A stretch of DNA of 64,000 bases from Macrostomum lignano. Its lineage: Eukaryota. Below the pieces are notes generated by a model. That model did not search any database, was not told the origin of the DNA, and worked only from the letters and a program-made list of their open reading frames with translations. How positions within the stretch are numbered: the first letter of the stretch is position 1; every line of letters begins with the position of its first letter. Where the stretch lies: assembly GCA_002269645.1 (NCBI GenBank), contig NIVC01001977.1:14041-78040 (forward strand). Direction: 5' to 3'. Below are positions 1 through 15,000 of this stretch, piece by piece. A program made the position numbers and the translations under genes.

Positions 1-3000
1 TGTCTATTTGTCTAAAGAAACTGACTGCGTGCAAAATACAAGTGCACGGAAGCAGAATAACACGCCGTGAGCGTATTTTCGAACGCCTGTGCATGCGCGA
101 GACTGCTTGGTGTAGTTATTAGAAGGCAACTGCGCCTCTAGCTTAAACCGTGTCTATTTGTCTAAAGAAACTGACTGCGTGCAAAATACAAGTGCACGGA
201 AGCAGAATAACACGCCGTGAGCGTATTTTCGAACGCCTGTGCATGCGCGAGACTGCTTGGTGTAGTTATTAGAAGGCAACTGCGCCTCTAGCTTAAACCG
301 TGTCTATTTGTCTAAAGAAACTGACTGCGTGCAAAATACAAGTGCACGGAAGCAGAATAACACGCCGTGAGCGTATTTTCGAACGCCTGTGCATGCGCGA
401 GACTGCTTGGTGTAGTTATTAGAAGGCAACTGCGCCTCTAGCTTAAACCGTGTCTATTTGTCTAAAGAAACTGACTGCGTGCAAAATACAAGTGCACGGA
501 AGCAGAATAACACGCCGTGAGCGTATTTTCGAACGCCTGTGCATGCGCGAGACTGCTTGGTGTAGTTATTAGAAGGCAACTGCGCCTCTAGCTTAAACCG
601 TGTCTATTTGTCTAAAGAAACTGACTGCGTGCAAAATACAAGTGCACGGAAGCAGAATAACACGCCGTGAGCGTATTTTCGAACGCCTGTGCATGCGCGA
701 GACTGCTTGGTGTAGTTATTAGAAGGCAACTGCGCCTCTAGCTTAAACCGTGTCTATTTGTCTAAAGAAACTGACTGCGTGCAAAATACAAGTGCACGGA
801 AGCAGAATAACACGCCGTGAGCGTATTTTCGAACGCCTGTGCATGCGCGAGACTGCTTGGTGTAGTTATTAGAAGGCAACTGCGCCTCTAGCTTAAACCG
901 TGTCTATTTGTCTAAAGAAACTGACTGCGTGCAAAATACAAGTGCACGGAAGCAGAATAACACGCCGTGAGCGTATTTTCGAACGCCTGTGCATGCGCGA
1001 GACTGCTTGGTGTAGTTATTAGAAGGCAACTGCGCCTCTAGCTTAAACCGTGTCTATTTGTCTAAAGAAACTGACTGCGTGCAAAATACAAGTGCACGGA
1101 AGCAGAATAACACGCCGTGAGCGTATTTTCGAACGCCTGTGCATGCGCGAGACTGCTTGGTGTAGTTATTAGAAGGCAACTGCGCCTCTAGCTTAAACCG
1201 TGTCTATTTGTCTAAAGAAACTGACTGCGTGCAAAATACAAGTGCACGGAAGCAGAATAACACGCCGTGAGCGTATTTTCGAACGCCTGTGCATGCGCGA
1301 GACTGCTTGGTGTAGTTATTAGAAGGCAACTGCGCCTCTAGCTTAAACCGTGTCTATTTGTCTAAAGAAACTGACTGCGTGCAAAATACAAGTGCACGGA
1401 AGCAGAATAACACGCCGTGAGCGTATTTTCGAACGCCTGTGCATGCGCGAGACTGCTTGGTGTAGTTATTAGAAGGCAACTGCGCCTCTAGCTTAAACCG
1501 TGTCTATTTGTCTAAAGAAACTGACTGCGTGCAAAATACAAGTGCACGGAAGCAGAATAACACGCCGTGAGCGTATTTTCGAACGCCTGTGCATGCGCGA
1601 GACTGCTTGGTGTAGTTATTAGAAGGCAACTGCGCCTCTAGCTTAAACCGTGTCTATTTGTCTAAAGAAACTGACTGCGTGCAAAATACAAGTGCACGGA
1701 AGCAGAATAACACGCCGTGAGCGTATTTTCGAACGCCTGTGCATGCGCGAGACTGCTTGGTGTAGTTATTAGAAGGCAACTGCGCCTCTAGCTTAAACCG
1801 TGTCTATTTGTCTAAAGAAACTGACTGCGTGCAAAATACAAGTGCACGGAAGCAGAATAACACGCCGTGAGCGTATTTTCGAACGCCTGTGCATGCGCGA
1901 GACTGCTTGGTGTAGTTATTAGAAGGCAACTGCGCCTCTAGCTTAAACCGTGTCTATTTGTCTAAAGAAACTGACTGCGTGCAAAATACAAGTGCACGGA
2001 AGCAGAATAACACGCCGTGAGCGTATTTTCGAACGCCTGTGCATGCGCGAGACTGCTTGGTGTAGTTATTAGAAGGCAACTGCGCCTCTAGCTTAAACCG
2101 TGTCTATTTGTCTAAAGAAACTGACTGCGTGCAAAATACAAGTGCACGGAAGCAGAATAACACGCCGTGAGCGTATTTTCGAACGCCTGTGCATGCGCGA
2201 GACTGCTTGGTGTAGTTATTAGAAGGCAACTGCGCCTCTAGCTTAAACCGTGTCTATTTGTCTAAAGAAACTGACTGCGTGCAAAATACAAGTGCACGGA
2301 AGCAGAATAACACGCCGTGAGCGTATTTTCGAACGCCTGTGCATGCGCGAGACTGCTTGGTGTAGTTATTAGAAGGCAACTGCGCCTCTAGCTTAAACCG
2401 TGTCTATTTGTCTAAAGAAACTGACTGCGTGCAAAATACAAGTGCACGGAAGCAGAATAACACGCCGTGAGCGTATTTTCGAACGCCTGTGCATGCGCGA
2501 GACTGCTTGGTGTAGTTATTAGAAGGCAACTGCGCCTCTAGCTTAAACCGTGTCTATTTGTCTAAAGAAACTGACTGCGTGCAAAATACAAGTGCACGGA
2601 AGCAGAATAACACGCCGTGAGCGTATTTTCGAACGCCTGTGCATGCGCGAGACTGCTTGGTGTAGTTATTAGAAGGCAACTGCGCCTCTAGCTTAAACCG
2701 TGTCTATTTGTCTAAAGAAACTGACTGCGTGCAAAATACAAGTGCACGGAAGCAGAATAACACGCCGTGAGCGTATTTTCGAACGCCTGTGCATGCGCGA
2801 GACTGCTTGGTGTAGTTATTAGAAGGCAACTGCGCCTCTAGCTTAAACCGTGTCTATTTGTCTAAAGAAACTGACTGCGTGCAAAATACAAGTGCACGGA
2901 AGCAGAATAACACGCCGTGAGCGTATTTTCGAACGCCTGTGCATGCGCGAGACTGCTTGGTGTAGTTATTAGAAGGCAACTGCGCCTCTAGCTTAAACCG

Positions 3001-6000
3001 TGTCTATTTGTCTAAAGAAACTGACTGCGTGCAAAATACAAGTGCACGGAAGCAGAATAACACGCCGTGAGCGTATTTTCGAACGCCTGTGCATGCGCGA
3101 GACTGCTTGGTGTAGTTATTAGAAGGCAACTGCGCCTCTAGCTTAAACCGTGTCTATTTGTCTAAAGAAACTGACTGCGTGCAAAATACAAGTGCACGGA
3201 AGCAGAATAACACGCCGTGAGCGTATTTTCGAACGCCTGTGCATGCGCGAGACTGCTTGGTGTAGTTATTAGAAGGCAACTGCGCCTCTAGCTTAAACCG
3301 TGTCTATTTGTCTAAAGAAACTGACTGCGTGCAAAATACAAGTGCACGGAAGCAGAATAACACGCCGTGAGCGTATTTTCGAACGCCTGTGCATGCGCGA
3401 GACTGCTTGGTGTAGTTATTAGAAGGCAACTGCGCCTCTAGCTTAAACCGTGTCTATTTGTCTAAAGAAACTGACTGCGTGCAAAATACAAGTGCACGGA
3501 AGCAGAATAACACGCCGTGAGCGTATTTTCGAACGCCTGTGCATGCGCGAGACTGCTTGGTGTAGTTATTAGAAGGCAACTGCGCCTCTAGCTTAAACCG
3601 TGTCTATTTGTCTAAAGAAACTGACTGCGTGCAAAATACAAGTGCACGGAAGCAGAATAACACGCCGTGAGCGTATTTTCGAACGCCTGTGCATGCGCGA
3701 GACTGCTTGGTGTAGTTATTAGAAGGCAACTGCGCCTCTAGCTTAAACCGTGTCTATTTGTCTAAAGAAACTGACTGCGTGCAAAATACAAGTGCACGGA
3801 AGCAGAATAACACGCCGTGAGCGTATTTTCGAACGCCTGTGCATGCGCGAGACTGCTTGGTGTAGTTATTAGAAGGCAACTGCGCCTCTAGCTTAAACCG
3901 TGTCTATTTGTCTAAAGAAACTGACTGCGTGCAAAATACAAGTGCACGGAAGCAGAATAACACGCCGTGAGCGTATTTTCGAACGCCTGTGCATGCGCGA
4001 GACTGCTTGGTGTAGTTATTAGAAGGCAACTGCGCCTCTAGCTTAAACCGTGTCTATTTGTCTAAAGAAACTGACTGCGTGCAAAATACAAGTGCACGGA
4101 AGCAGAATAACACGCCGTGAGCGTATTTTCGAACGCCTGTGCATGCGCGAGACTGCTTGGTGTAGTTATTAGAAGGCAACTGCGCCTCTAGCTTAAACCG
4201 TGTCTATTTGTCTAAAGAAACTGACTGCGTGCAAAATACAAGTGCACGGAAGCAGAATAACACGCCGTGAGCGTATTTTCGAACGCCTGTGCATGCGCGA
4301 GACTGCTTGGTGTAGTTATTAGAAGGCAACTGCGCCTCTAGCTTAAACCGTGTCTATTTGTCTAAAGAAACTGACTGCGTGCAAAATACAAGTGCACGGA
4401 AGCAGAATAACACGCCGTGAGCGTATTTTCGAACGCCTGTGCATGCGCGAGACTGCTTGGTGTAGTTATTAGAAGGCAACTGCGCCTCTAGCTTAAACCG
4501 TGTCTATTTGTCTAAAGAAACTGACTGCGTGCAAAATACAAGTGCACGGAAGCAGAATAACACGCCGTGAGCGTATTTTCGAACGCCTGTGCATGCGCGA
4601 GACTGCTTGGTGTAGTTATTAGAAGGCAACTGCGCCTCTAGCTTAAACCGTGTCTATTTGTCTAAAGAAACTGACTGCGTGCAAAATACAAGTGCACGGA
4701 AGCAGAATAACACGCCGTGAGCGTATTTTCGAACGCCTGTGCATGCGCGAGACTGCTTGGTGTAGTTATTAGAAGGCAACTGCGCCTCTAGCTTAAACCG
4801 TGTCTATTTGTCTAAAGAAACTGACTGCGTGCAAAATACAAGTGCACGGAAGCAGAATAACACGCCGTGAGCGTATTTTCGAACGCCTGTGCATGCGCGA
4901 GACTGCTTGGTGTAGTTATTAGAAGGCAACTGCGCCTCTAGCTTAAACCGTGTCTATTTGTCTAAAGAAACTGACTGCGTGCAAAATACAAGTGCACGGA
5001 AGCAGAATAACACGCCGTGAGCGTATTTTCGAACGCCTGTGCATGCGCGAGACTGCTTGGTGTAGTTATTAGAAGGCAACTGCGCCTCTAGCTTAAACCG
5101 TGTCTATTTGTCTAAAGAAACTGACTGCGTGCAAAATACAAGTGCACGGAAGCAGAATAACACGCCGTGAGCGTATTTTCGAACGCCTGTGCATGCGCGA
5201 GACTGCTTGGTGTAGTTATTAGAAGGCAACTGCGCCTCTAGCTTAAACCGTGTCTATTTGTCTAAAGAAACTGACTGCGTGCAAAATACAAGTGCACGGA
5301 AGCAGAATAACACGCCGTGAGCGTATTTTCGAACGCCTGTGCATGCGCGAGACTGCTTGGTGTAGTTATTAGAAGGCAACTGCGCCTCTAGCTTAAACCG
5401 TGTCTATTTGTCTAAAGAAACTGACTGCGTGCAAAATACAAGTGCACGGAAGCAGAATAACACGCCGTGAGCGTATTTTCGAACGCCTGTGCATGCGCGA
5501 GACTGCTTGGTGTAGTTATTAGAAGGCAACTGCGCCTCTAGCTTAAACCGTGTCTATTTGTCTAAAGAAACTGACTGCGTGCAAAATACAAGTGCACGGA
5601 AGCAGAATAACACGCCGTGAGCGTATTTTCGAACGCCTGTGCATGCGCGAGACTGCTTGGTGTAGTTATTAGAAGGCAACTGCGCCTCTAGCTTAAACCG
5701 TGTCTATTTGTCTAAAGAAACTGACTGCGTGCAAAATACAAGTGCACGGAAGCAGAATAACACGCCGTGAGCGTATTTTCGAACGCCTGTGCATGCGCGA
5801 GACTGCTTGGTGTAGTTATTAGAAGGCAACTGCGCCTCTAGCTTAAACCGTGTCTATTTGTCTAAAGAAACTGACTGCGTGCAAAATACAAGTGCACGGA
5901 AGCAGAATAACACGCCGTGAGCGTATTTTCGAACGCCTGTGCATGCGCGAGACTGCTTGGTGTAGTTATTAGAAGGCAACTGCGCCTCTAGCTTAAACCG

Positions 6001-9000
6001 TGTCTATTTGTCTAAAGAAACTGACTGCGTGCAAAATACAAGTGCACGGAAGCAGAATAACACGCCGTGAGCGTATTTTCGAACGCCTGTGCATGCGCGA
6101 GACTGCTTGGTGTAGTTATTAGAAGGCAACTGCGCCTCTAGCTTAAACCGTGTCTATTTGTCTAAAGAAACTGACTGCGTGCAAAATACAAGTGCACGGA
6201 AGCAGAATAACACGCCGTGAGCGTATTTTCGAACGCCTGTGCATGCGCGAGACTGCTTGGTGTAGTTATTAGAAGGCAACTGCGCCTCTAGCTTAAACCG
6301 TGTCTATTTGTCTAAAGAAACTGACTGCGTGCAAAATACAAGTGCACGGAAGCAGAATAACACGCCGTGAGCGTATTTTCGAACGCCTGTGCATGCGCGA
6401 GACTGCTTGGTGTAGTTATTAGAAGGCAACTGCGCCTCTAGCTTAAACCGTGTCTATTTGTCTAAAGAAACTGACTGCGTGCAAAATACAAGTGCACGGA
6501 AGCAGAATAACACGCCGTGAGCGTATTTTCGAACGCCTGTGCATGCGCGAGACTGCTTGGTGTAGTTATTAGAAGGCAACTGCGCCTCTAGCTTAAACCG
6601 TGTCTATTTGTCTAAAGAAACTGACTGCGTGCAAAATACAAGTGCACGGAAGCAGAATAACACGCCGTGAGCGTATTTTCGAACGCCTGTGCATGCGCGA
6701 GACTGCTTGGTGTAGTTATTAGAAGGCAACTGCGCCTCTAGCTTAAACCGTGTCTATTTGTCTAAAGAAACTGACTGCGTGCAAAATACAAGTGCACGGA
6801 AGCAGAATAACACGCCGTGAGCGTATTTTCGAACGCCTGTGCATGCGCGAGACTGCTTGGTGTAGTTATTAGAAGGCAACTGCGCCTCTAGCTTAAACCG
6901 TGTCTATTTGTCTAAAGAAACTGACTGCGTGCAAAATACAAGTGCACGGAAGCAGAATAACACGCCGTGAGCGTATTTTCGAACGCCTGTGCATGCGCGA
7001 GACTGCTTGGTGTAGTTATTAGAAGGCAACTGCGCCTCTAGCTTAAACCGTGTCTATTTGTCTAAAGAAACTGACTGCGTGCAAAATACAAGTGCACGGA
7101 AGCAGAATAACACGCCGTGAGCGTATTTTCGAACGCCTGTGCATGCGCGAGACTGCTTGGTGTAGTTATTAGAAGGCAACTGCGCCTCTAGCTTAAACCG
7201 TGTCTATTTGTCTAAAGAAACTGACTGCGTGCAAAATACAAGTGCACGGAAGCAGAATAACACGCCGTGAGCGTATTTTCGAACGCCTGTGCATGCGCGA
7301 GACTGCTTGGTGTAGTTATTAGAAGGCAACTGCGCCTCTAGCTTAAACCGTGTCTATTTGTCTAAAGAAACTGACTGCGTGCAAAATACAAGTGCACGGA
7401 AGCAGAATAACACGCCGTGAGCGTATTTTCGAACGCCTGTGCATGCGCGAGACTGCTTGGTGTAGTTATTAGAAGGCAACTGCGCCTCTAGCTTAAACCG
7501 TGTCTATTTGTCTAAAGAAACTGACTGCGTGCAAAATACAAGTGCACGGAAGCAGAATAACACGCCGTGAGCGTATTTTCGAACGCCTGTGCATGCGCGA
7601 GACTGCTTGGTGTAGTTATTAGAAGGCAACTGCGCCTCTAGCTTAAACCGTGTCTATTTGTCTAAAGAAACTGACTGCGTGCAAAATACAAGTGCACGGA
7701 AGCAGAATAACACGCCGTGAGCGTATTTTCGAACGCCTGTGCATGCGCGAGACTGCTTGGTGTAGTTATTAGAAGGCAACTGCGCCTCTAGCTTAAACCG
7801 TGTCTATTTGTCTAAAGAAACTGACTGCGTGCAAAATACAAGTGCACGGAAGCAGAATAACACGCCGTGAGCGTATTTTCGAACGCCTGTGCATGCGCGA
7901 GACTGCTTGGTGTAGTTATTAGAAGGCAACTGCGCCTCTAGCTTAAACCGTGTCTATTTGTCTAAAGAAACTGACTGCGTGCAAAATACAAGTGCACGGA
8001 AGCAGAATAACACGCCGTGAGCGTATTTTCGAACGCCTGTGCATGCGCGAGACTGCTTGGTGTAGTTATTAGAAGGCAACTGCGCCTCTAGCTTAAACCG
8101 TGTCTATTTGTCTAAAGAAACTGACTGCGTGCAAAATACAAGTGCACGGAAGCAGAATAACACGCCGTGAGCGTATTTTCGAACGCCTGTGCATGCGCGA
8201 GACTGCTTGGTGTAGTTATTAGAAGGCAACTGCGCCTCTAGCTTAAACCGTGTCTATTTGTCTAAAGAAACTGACTGCGTGCAAAATACAAGTGCACGGA
8301 AGCAGAATAACACGCCGTGAGCGTATTTTCGAACGCCTGTGCATGCGCGAGACTGCTTGGTGTAGTTATTAGAAGGCAACTGCGCCTCTAGCTTAAACCG
8401 TGTCTATTTGTCTAAAGAAACTGACTGCGTGCAAAATACAAGTGCACGGAAGCAGAATAACACGCCGTGAGCGTATTTTCGAACGCCTGTGCATGCGCGA
8501 GACTGCTTGGTGTAGTTATTAGAAGGCAACTGCGCCTCTAGCTTAAACCGTGTCTATTTGTCTAAAGAAACTGACTGCGTGCAAAATACAAGTGCACGGA
8601 AGCAGAATAACACGCCGTGAGCGTATTTTCGAACGCCTGTGCATGCGCGAGACTGCTTGGTGTAGTTATTAGAAGGCAACTGCGCCTCTAGCTTAAACCG
8701 TGTCTATTTGTCTAAAGAAACTGACTGCGTGCAAAATACAAGTGCACGGAAGCAGAATAACACGCCGTGAGCGTATTTTCGAACGCCTGTGCATGCGCGA
8801 GACTGCTTGGTGTAGTTATTAGAAGGCAACTGCGCCTCTAGCTTAAACCGTGTCTATTTGTCTAAAGAAACTGACTGCGTGCAAAATACAAGTGCACGGA
8901 AGCAGAATAACACGCCGTGAGCGTATTTTCGAACGCCTGTGCATGCGCGAGACTGCTTGGTGTAGTTATTAGAAGGCAACTGCGCCTCTAGCTTAAACCG

Positions 9001-12000
9001 TGTCTATTTGTCTAAAGAAACTGACTGCGTGCAAAATACAAGTGCACGGAAGCAGAATAACACGCCGTGAGCGTATTTTCGAACGCCTGTGCATGCGCGA
9101 GACTGCTTGGTGTAGTTATTAGAAGGCAACTGCGCCTCTAGCTTAAACCGTGTCTATTTGTCTAAAGAAACTGACTGCGTGCAAAATACAAGTGCACGGA
9201 AGCAGAATAACACGCCGTGAGCGTATTTTCGAACGCCTGTGCATGCGCGAGACTGCTTGGTGTAGTTATTAGAAGGCAACTGCGCCTCTAGCTTAAACCG
9301 TGTCTATTTGTCTAAAGAAACTGACTGCGTGCAAAATACAAGTGCACGGAAGCAGAATAACACGCCGTGAGCGTATTTTCGAACGCCTGTGCATGCGCGA
9401 GACTGCTTGGTGTAGTTATTAGAAGGCAACTGCGCCTCTAGCTTAAACCGTGTCTATTTGTCTAAAGAAACTGACTGCGTGCAAAATACAAGTGCACGGA
9501 AGCAGAATAACACGCCGTGAGCGTATTTTCGAACGCCTGTGCATGCGCGAGACTGCTTGGTGTAGTTATTAGAAGGCAACTGCGCCTCTAGCTTAAACCG
9601 TGTCTATTTGTCTAAAGAAACTGACTGCGTGCAAAATACAAGTGCACGGAAGCAGAATAACACGCCGTGAGCGTATTTTCGAACGCCTGTGCATGCGCGA
9701 GACTGCTTGGTGTAGTTATTAGAAGGCAACTGCGCCTCTAGCTTAAACCGTGTCTATTTGTCTAAAGAAACTGACTGCGTGCAAAATACAAGTGCACGGA
9801 AGCAGAATAACACGCCGTGAGCGTATTTTCGAACGCCTGTGCATGCGCGAGACTGCTTGGTGTAGTTATTAGAAGGCAACTGCGCCTCTAGCTTAAACCG
9901 TGTCTATTTGTCTAAAGAAACTGACTGCGTGCAAAATACAAGTGCACGGAAGCAGAATAACACGCCGTGAGCGTATTTTCGAACGCCTGTGCATGCGCGA
10001 GACTGCTTGGTGTAGTTATTAGAAGGCAACTGCGCCTCTAGCTTAAACCGTGTCTATTTGTCTAAAGAAACTGACTGCGTGCAAAATACAAGTGCACGGA
10101 AGCAGAATAACACGCCGTGAGCGTATTTTCGAACGCCTGTGCATGCGCGAGACTGCTTGGTGTAGTTATTAGAAGGCAACTGCGCCTCTAGCTTAAACCG
10201 TGTCTATTTGTCTAAAGAAACTGACTGCGTGCAAAATACAAGTGCACGGAAGCAGAATAACACGCCGTGAGCGTATTTTCGAACGCCTGTGCATGCGCGA
10301 GACTGCTTGGTGTAGTTATTAGAAGGCAACTGCGCCTCTAGCTTAAACCGTGTCTATTTGTCTAAAGAAACTGACTGCGTGCAAAATACAAGTGCACGGA
10401 AGCAGAATAACACGCCGTGAGCGTATTTTCGAACGCCTGTGCATGCGCGAGACTGCTTGGTGTAGTTATTAGAAGGCAACTGCGCCTCTAGCTTAAACCG
10501 TGTCTATTTGTCTAAAGAAACTGACTGCGTGCAAAATACAAGTGCACGGAAGCAGAATAACACGCCGTGAGCGTATTTTCGAACGCCTGTGCATGCGCGA
10601 GACTGCTTGGTGTAGTTATTAGAAGGCAACTGCGCCTCTAGCTTAAACCGTGTCTATTTGTCTAAAGAAACTGACTGCGTGCAAAATACAAGTGCACGGA
10701 AGCAGAATAACACGCCGTGAGCGTATTTTCGAACGCCTGTGCATGCGCGAGACTGCTTGGTGTAGTTATTAGAAGGCAACTGCGCCTCTAGCTTAAACCG
10801 TGTCTATTTGTCTAAAGAAACTGACTGCGTGCAAAATACAAGTGCACGGAAGCAGAATAACACGCCGTGAGCGTATTTTCGAACGCCTGTGCATGCGCGA
10901 GACTGCTTGGTGTAGTTATTAGAAGGCAACTGCGCCTCTAGCTTAAACCGTGTCTATTTGTCTAAAGAAACTGACTGCGTGCAAAATACAAGTGCACGGA
11001 AGCAGAATAACACGCCGTGAGCGTATTTTCGAACGCCTGTGCATGCGCGAGACTGCTTGGTGTAGTTATTAGAAGGCAACTGCGCCTCTAGCTTAAACCG
11101 TGTCTATTTGTCTAAAGAAACTGACTGCGTGCAAAATACAAGTGCACGGAAGCAGAATAACACGCCGTGAGCGTATTTTCGAACGCCTGTGCATGCGCGA
11201 GACTGCTTGGTGTAGTTATTAGAAGGCAACTGCGCCTCTAGCTTAAACCGTGTCTATTTGTCTAAAGAAACTGACTGCGTGCAAAATACAAGTGCACGGA
11301 AGCAGAATAACACGCCGTGAGCGTATTTTCGAACGCCTGTGCATGCGCGAGACTGCTTGGTGTAGTTATTAGAAGGCAACTGCGCCTCTAGCTTAAACCG
11401 TGTCTATTTGTCTAAAGAAACTGACTGCGTGCAAAATACAAGTGCACGGAAGCAGAATAACACGCCGTGAGCGTATTTTCGAACGCCTGTGCATGCGCGA
11501 GACTGCTTGGTGTAGTTATTAGAAGGCAACTGCGCCTCTAGCTTAAACCGTGTCTATTTGTCTAAAGAAACTGACTGCGTGCAAAATACAAGTGCACGGA
11601 AGCAGAATAACACGCCGTGAGCGTATTTTCGAACGCCTGTGCATGCGCGAGACTGCTTGGTGTAGTTATTAGAAGGCAACTGCGCCTCTAGCTTAAACCG
11701 TGTCTATTTGTCTAAAGAAACTGACTGCGTGCAAAATACAAGTGCACGGAAGCAGAATAACACGCCGTGAGCGTATTTTCGAACGCCTGTGCATGCGCGA
11801 GACTGCTTGGTGTAGTTATTAGAAGGCAACTGCGCCTCTAGCTTAAACCGTGTCTATTTGTCTAAAGAAACTGACTGCGTGCAAAATACAAGTGCACGGA
11901 AGCAGAATAACACGCCGTGAGCGTATTTTCGAACGCCTGTGCATGCGCGAGACTGCTTGGTGTAGTTATTAGAAGGCAACTGCGCCTCTAGCTTAAACCG

Positions 12001-15000
12001 TGTCTATTTGTCTAAAGAAACTGACTGCGTGCAAAATACAAGTGCACGGAAGCAGAATAACACGCCGTGAGCGTATTTTCGAACGCCTGTGCATGCGCGA
12101 GACTGCTTGGTGTAGTTATTAGAAGGCAACTGCGCCTCTAGCTTAAACCGTGTCTATTTGTCTAAAGAAACTGACTGCGTGCAAAATACAAGTGCACGGA
12201 AGCAGAATAACACGCCGTGAGCGTATTTTCGAACGCCTGTGCATGCGCGAGACTGCTTGGTGTAGTTATTAGAAGGCAACTGCGCCTCTAGCTTAAACCG
12301 TGTCTATTTGTCTAAAGAAACTGACTGCGTGCAAAATACAAGTGCACGGAAGCAGAATAACACGCCGTGAGCGTATTTTCGAACGCCTGTGCATGCGCGA
12401 GACTGCTTGGTGTAGTTATTAGAAGGCAACTGCGCCTCTAGCTTAAACCGTGTCTATTTGTCTAAAGAAACTGACTGCGTGCAAAATACAAGTGCACGGA
12501 AGCAGAATAACACGCCGTGAGCGTATTTTCGAACGCCTGTGCATGCGCGAGACTGCTTGGTGTAGTTATTAGAAGGCAACTGCGCCTCTAGCTTAAACCG
12601 TGTCTATTTGTCTAAAGAAACTGACTGCGTGCAAAATACAAGTGCACGGAAGCAGAATAACACGCCGTGAGCGTATTTTCGAACGCCTGTGCATGCGCGA
12701 GACTGCTTGGTGTAGTTATTAGAAGGCAACTGCGCCTCTAGCTTAAACCGTGTCTATTTGTCTAAAGAAACTGACTGCGTGCAAAATACAAGTGCACGGA
12801 AGCAGAATAACACGCCGTGAGCGTATTTTCGAACGCCTGTGCATGCGCGAGACTGCTTGGTGTAGTTATTAGAAGGCAACTGCGCCTCTAGCTTAAACCG
12901 TGTCTATTTGTCTAAAGAAACTGACTGCGTGCAAAATACAAGTGCACGGAAGCAGAATAACACGCCGTGAGCGTATTTTCGAACGCCTGTGCATGCGCGA
13001 GACTGCTTGGTGTAGTTATTAGAAGGCAACTGCGCCTCTAGCTTAAACCGTGTCTATTTGTCTAAAGAAACTGACTGCGTGCAAAATACAAGTGCACGGA
13101 AGCAGAATAACACGCCGTGAGCGTATTTTCGAACGCCTGTGCATGCGCGAGACTGCTTGGTGTAGTTATTAGAAGGCAACTGCGCCTCTAGCTTAAACCG
13201 TGTCTATTTGTCTAAAGAAACTGACTGCGTGCAAAATACAAGTGCACGGAAGCAGAATAACACGCCGTGAGCGTATTTTCGAACGCCTGTGCATGCGCGA
13301 GACTGCTTGGTGTAGTTATTAGAAGGCAACTGCGCCTCTAGCTTAAACCGTGTCTATTTGTCTAAAGAAACTGACTGCGTGCAAAATACAAGTGCACGGA
13401 AGCAGAATAACACGCCGTGAGCGTATTTTCGAACGCCTGTGCATGCGCGAGACTGCTTGGTGTAGTTATTAGAAGGCAACTGCGCCTCTAGCTTAAACCG
13501 TGTCTATTTGTCTAAAGAAACTGACTGCGTGCAAAATACAAGTGCACGGAAGCAGAATAACACGCCGTGAGCGTATTTTCGAACGCCTGTGCATGCGCGA
13601 GACTGCTTGGTGTAGTTATTAGAAGGCAACTGCGCCTCTAGCTTAAACCGTGTCTATTTGTCTAAAGAAACTGACTGCGTGCAAAATACAAGTGCACGGA
13701 AGCAGAATAACACGCCGTGAGCGTATTTTCGAACGCCTGTGCATGCGCGAGACTGCTTGGTGTAGTTATTAGAAGGCAACTGCGCCTCTAGCTTAAACCG
13801 TGTCTATTTGTCTAAAGAAACTGACTGCGTGCAAAATACAAGTGCACGGAAGCAGAATAACACGCCGTGAGCGTATTTTCGAACGCCTGTGCATGCGCGA
13901 GACTGCTTGGTGTAGTTATTAGAAGGCAACTGCGCCTCTAGCTTAAACCGTGTCTATTTGTCTAAAGAAACTGACTGCGTGCAAAATACAAGTGCACGGA
14001 AGCAGAATAACACGCCGTGAGCGTATTTTCGAACGCCTGTGCATGCGCGAGACTGCTTGGTGTAGTTATTAGAAGGCAACTGCGCCTCTAGCTTAAACCG
14101 TGTCTATTTGTCTAAAGAAACTGACTGCGTGCAAAATACAAGTGCACGGAAGCAGAATAACACGCCGTGAGCGTATTTTCGAACGCCTGTGCATGCGCGA
14201 GACTGCTTGGTGTAGTTATTAGAAGGCAACTGCGCCTCTAGCTTAAACCGTGTCTATTTGTCTAAAGAAACTGACTGCGTGCAAAATACAAGTGCACGGA
14301 AGCAGAATAACACGCCGTGAGCGTATTTTCGAACGCCTGTGCATGCGCGAGACTGCTTGGTGTAGTTATTAGAAGGCAACTGCGCCTCTAGCTTAAACCG
14401 TGTCTATTTGTCTAAAGAAACTGACTGCGTGCAAAATACAAGTGCACGGAAGCAGAATAACACGCCGTGAGCGTATTTTCGAACGCCTGTGCATGCGCGA
14501 GACTGCTTGGTGTAGTTATTAGAAGGCAACTGCGCCTCTAGCTTAAACCGTGTCTATTTGTCTAAAGAAACTGACTGCGTGCAAAATACAAGTGCACGGA
14601 AGCAGAATAACACGCCGTGAGCGTATTTTCGAACGCCTGTGCATGCGCGAGACTGCTTGGTGTAGTTATTAGAAGGCAACTGCGCCTCTAGCTTAAACCG
14701 TGTCTATTTGTCTAAAGAAACTGACTGCGTGCAAAATACAAGTGCACGGAAGCAGAATAACACGCCGTGAGCGTATTTTCGAACGCCTGTGCATGCGCGA
14801 GACTGCTTGGTGTAGTTATTAGAAGGCAACTGCGCCTCTAGCTTAAACCGTGTCTATTTGTCTAAAGAAACTGACTGCGTGCAAAATACAAGTGCACGGA
14901 AGCAGAATAACACGCCGTGAGCGTATTTTCGAACGCCTGTGCATGCGCGAGACTGCTTGGTGTAGTTATTAGAAGGCAACTGCGCCTCTAGCTTAAACCG

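Noticed and set aside
14-30. Hammerhead ribozyme core in the satellite (gaaa next to ctga)
   Set aside because: It reads CTGACTG, not CUGANGA, and the required three-stem arrangement is absent. The GAAA is also lost in the C variant.
1-150. Monomer as a spliced-leader RNA gene (minus strand starts GGTTTAAG and has an ATTTTG Sm-like site)
   Set aside because: There is no good GT donor at ~22 nt, the Sm-like site lacks purine flanks, and the match to SL sequences is only 7 nt.
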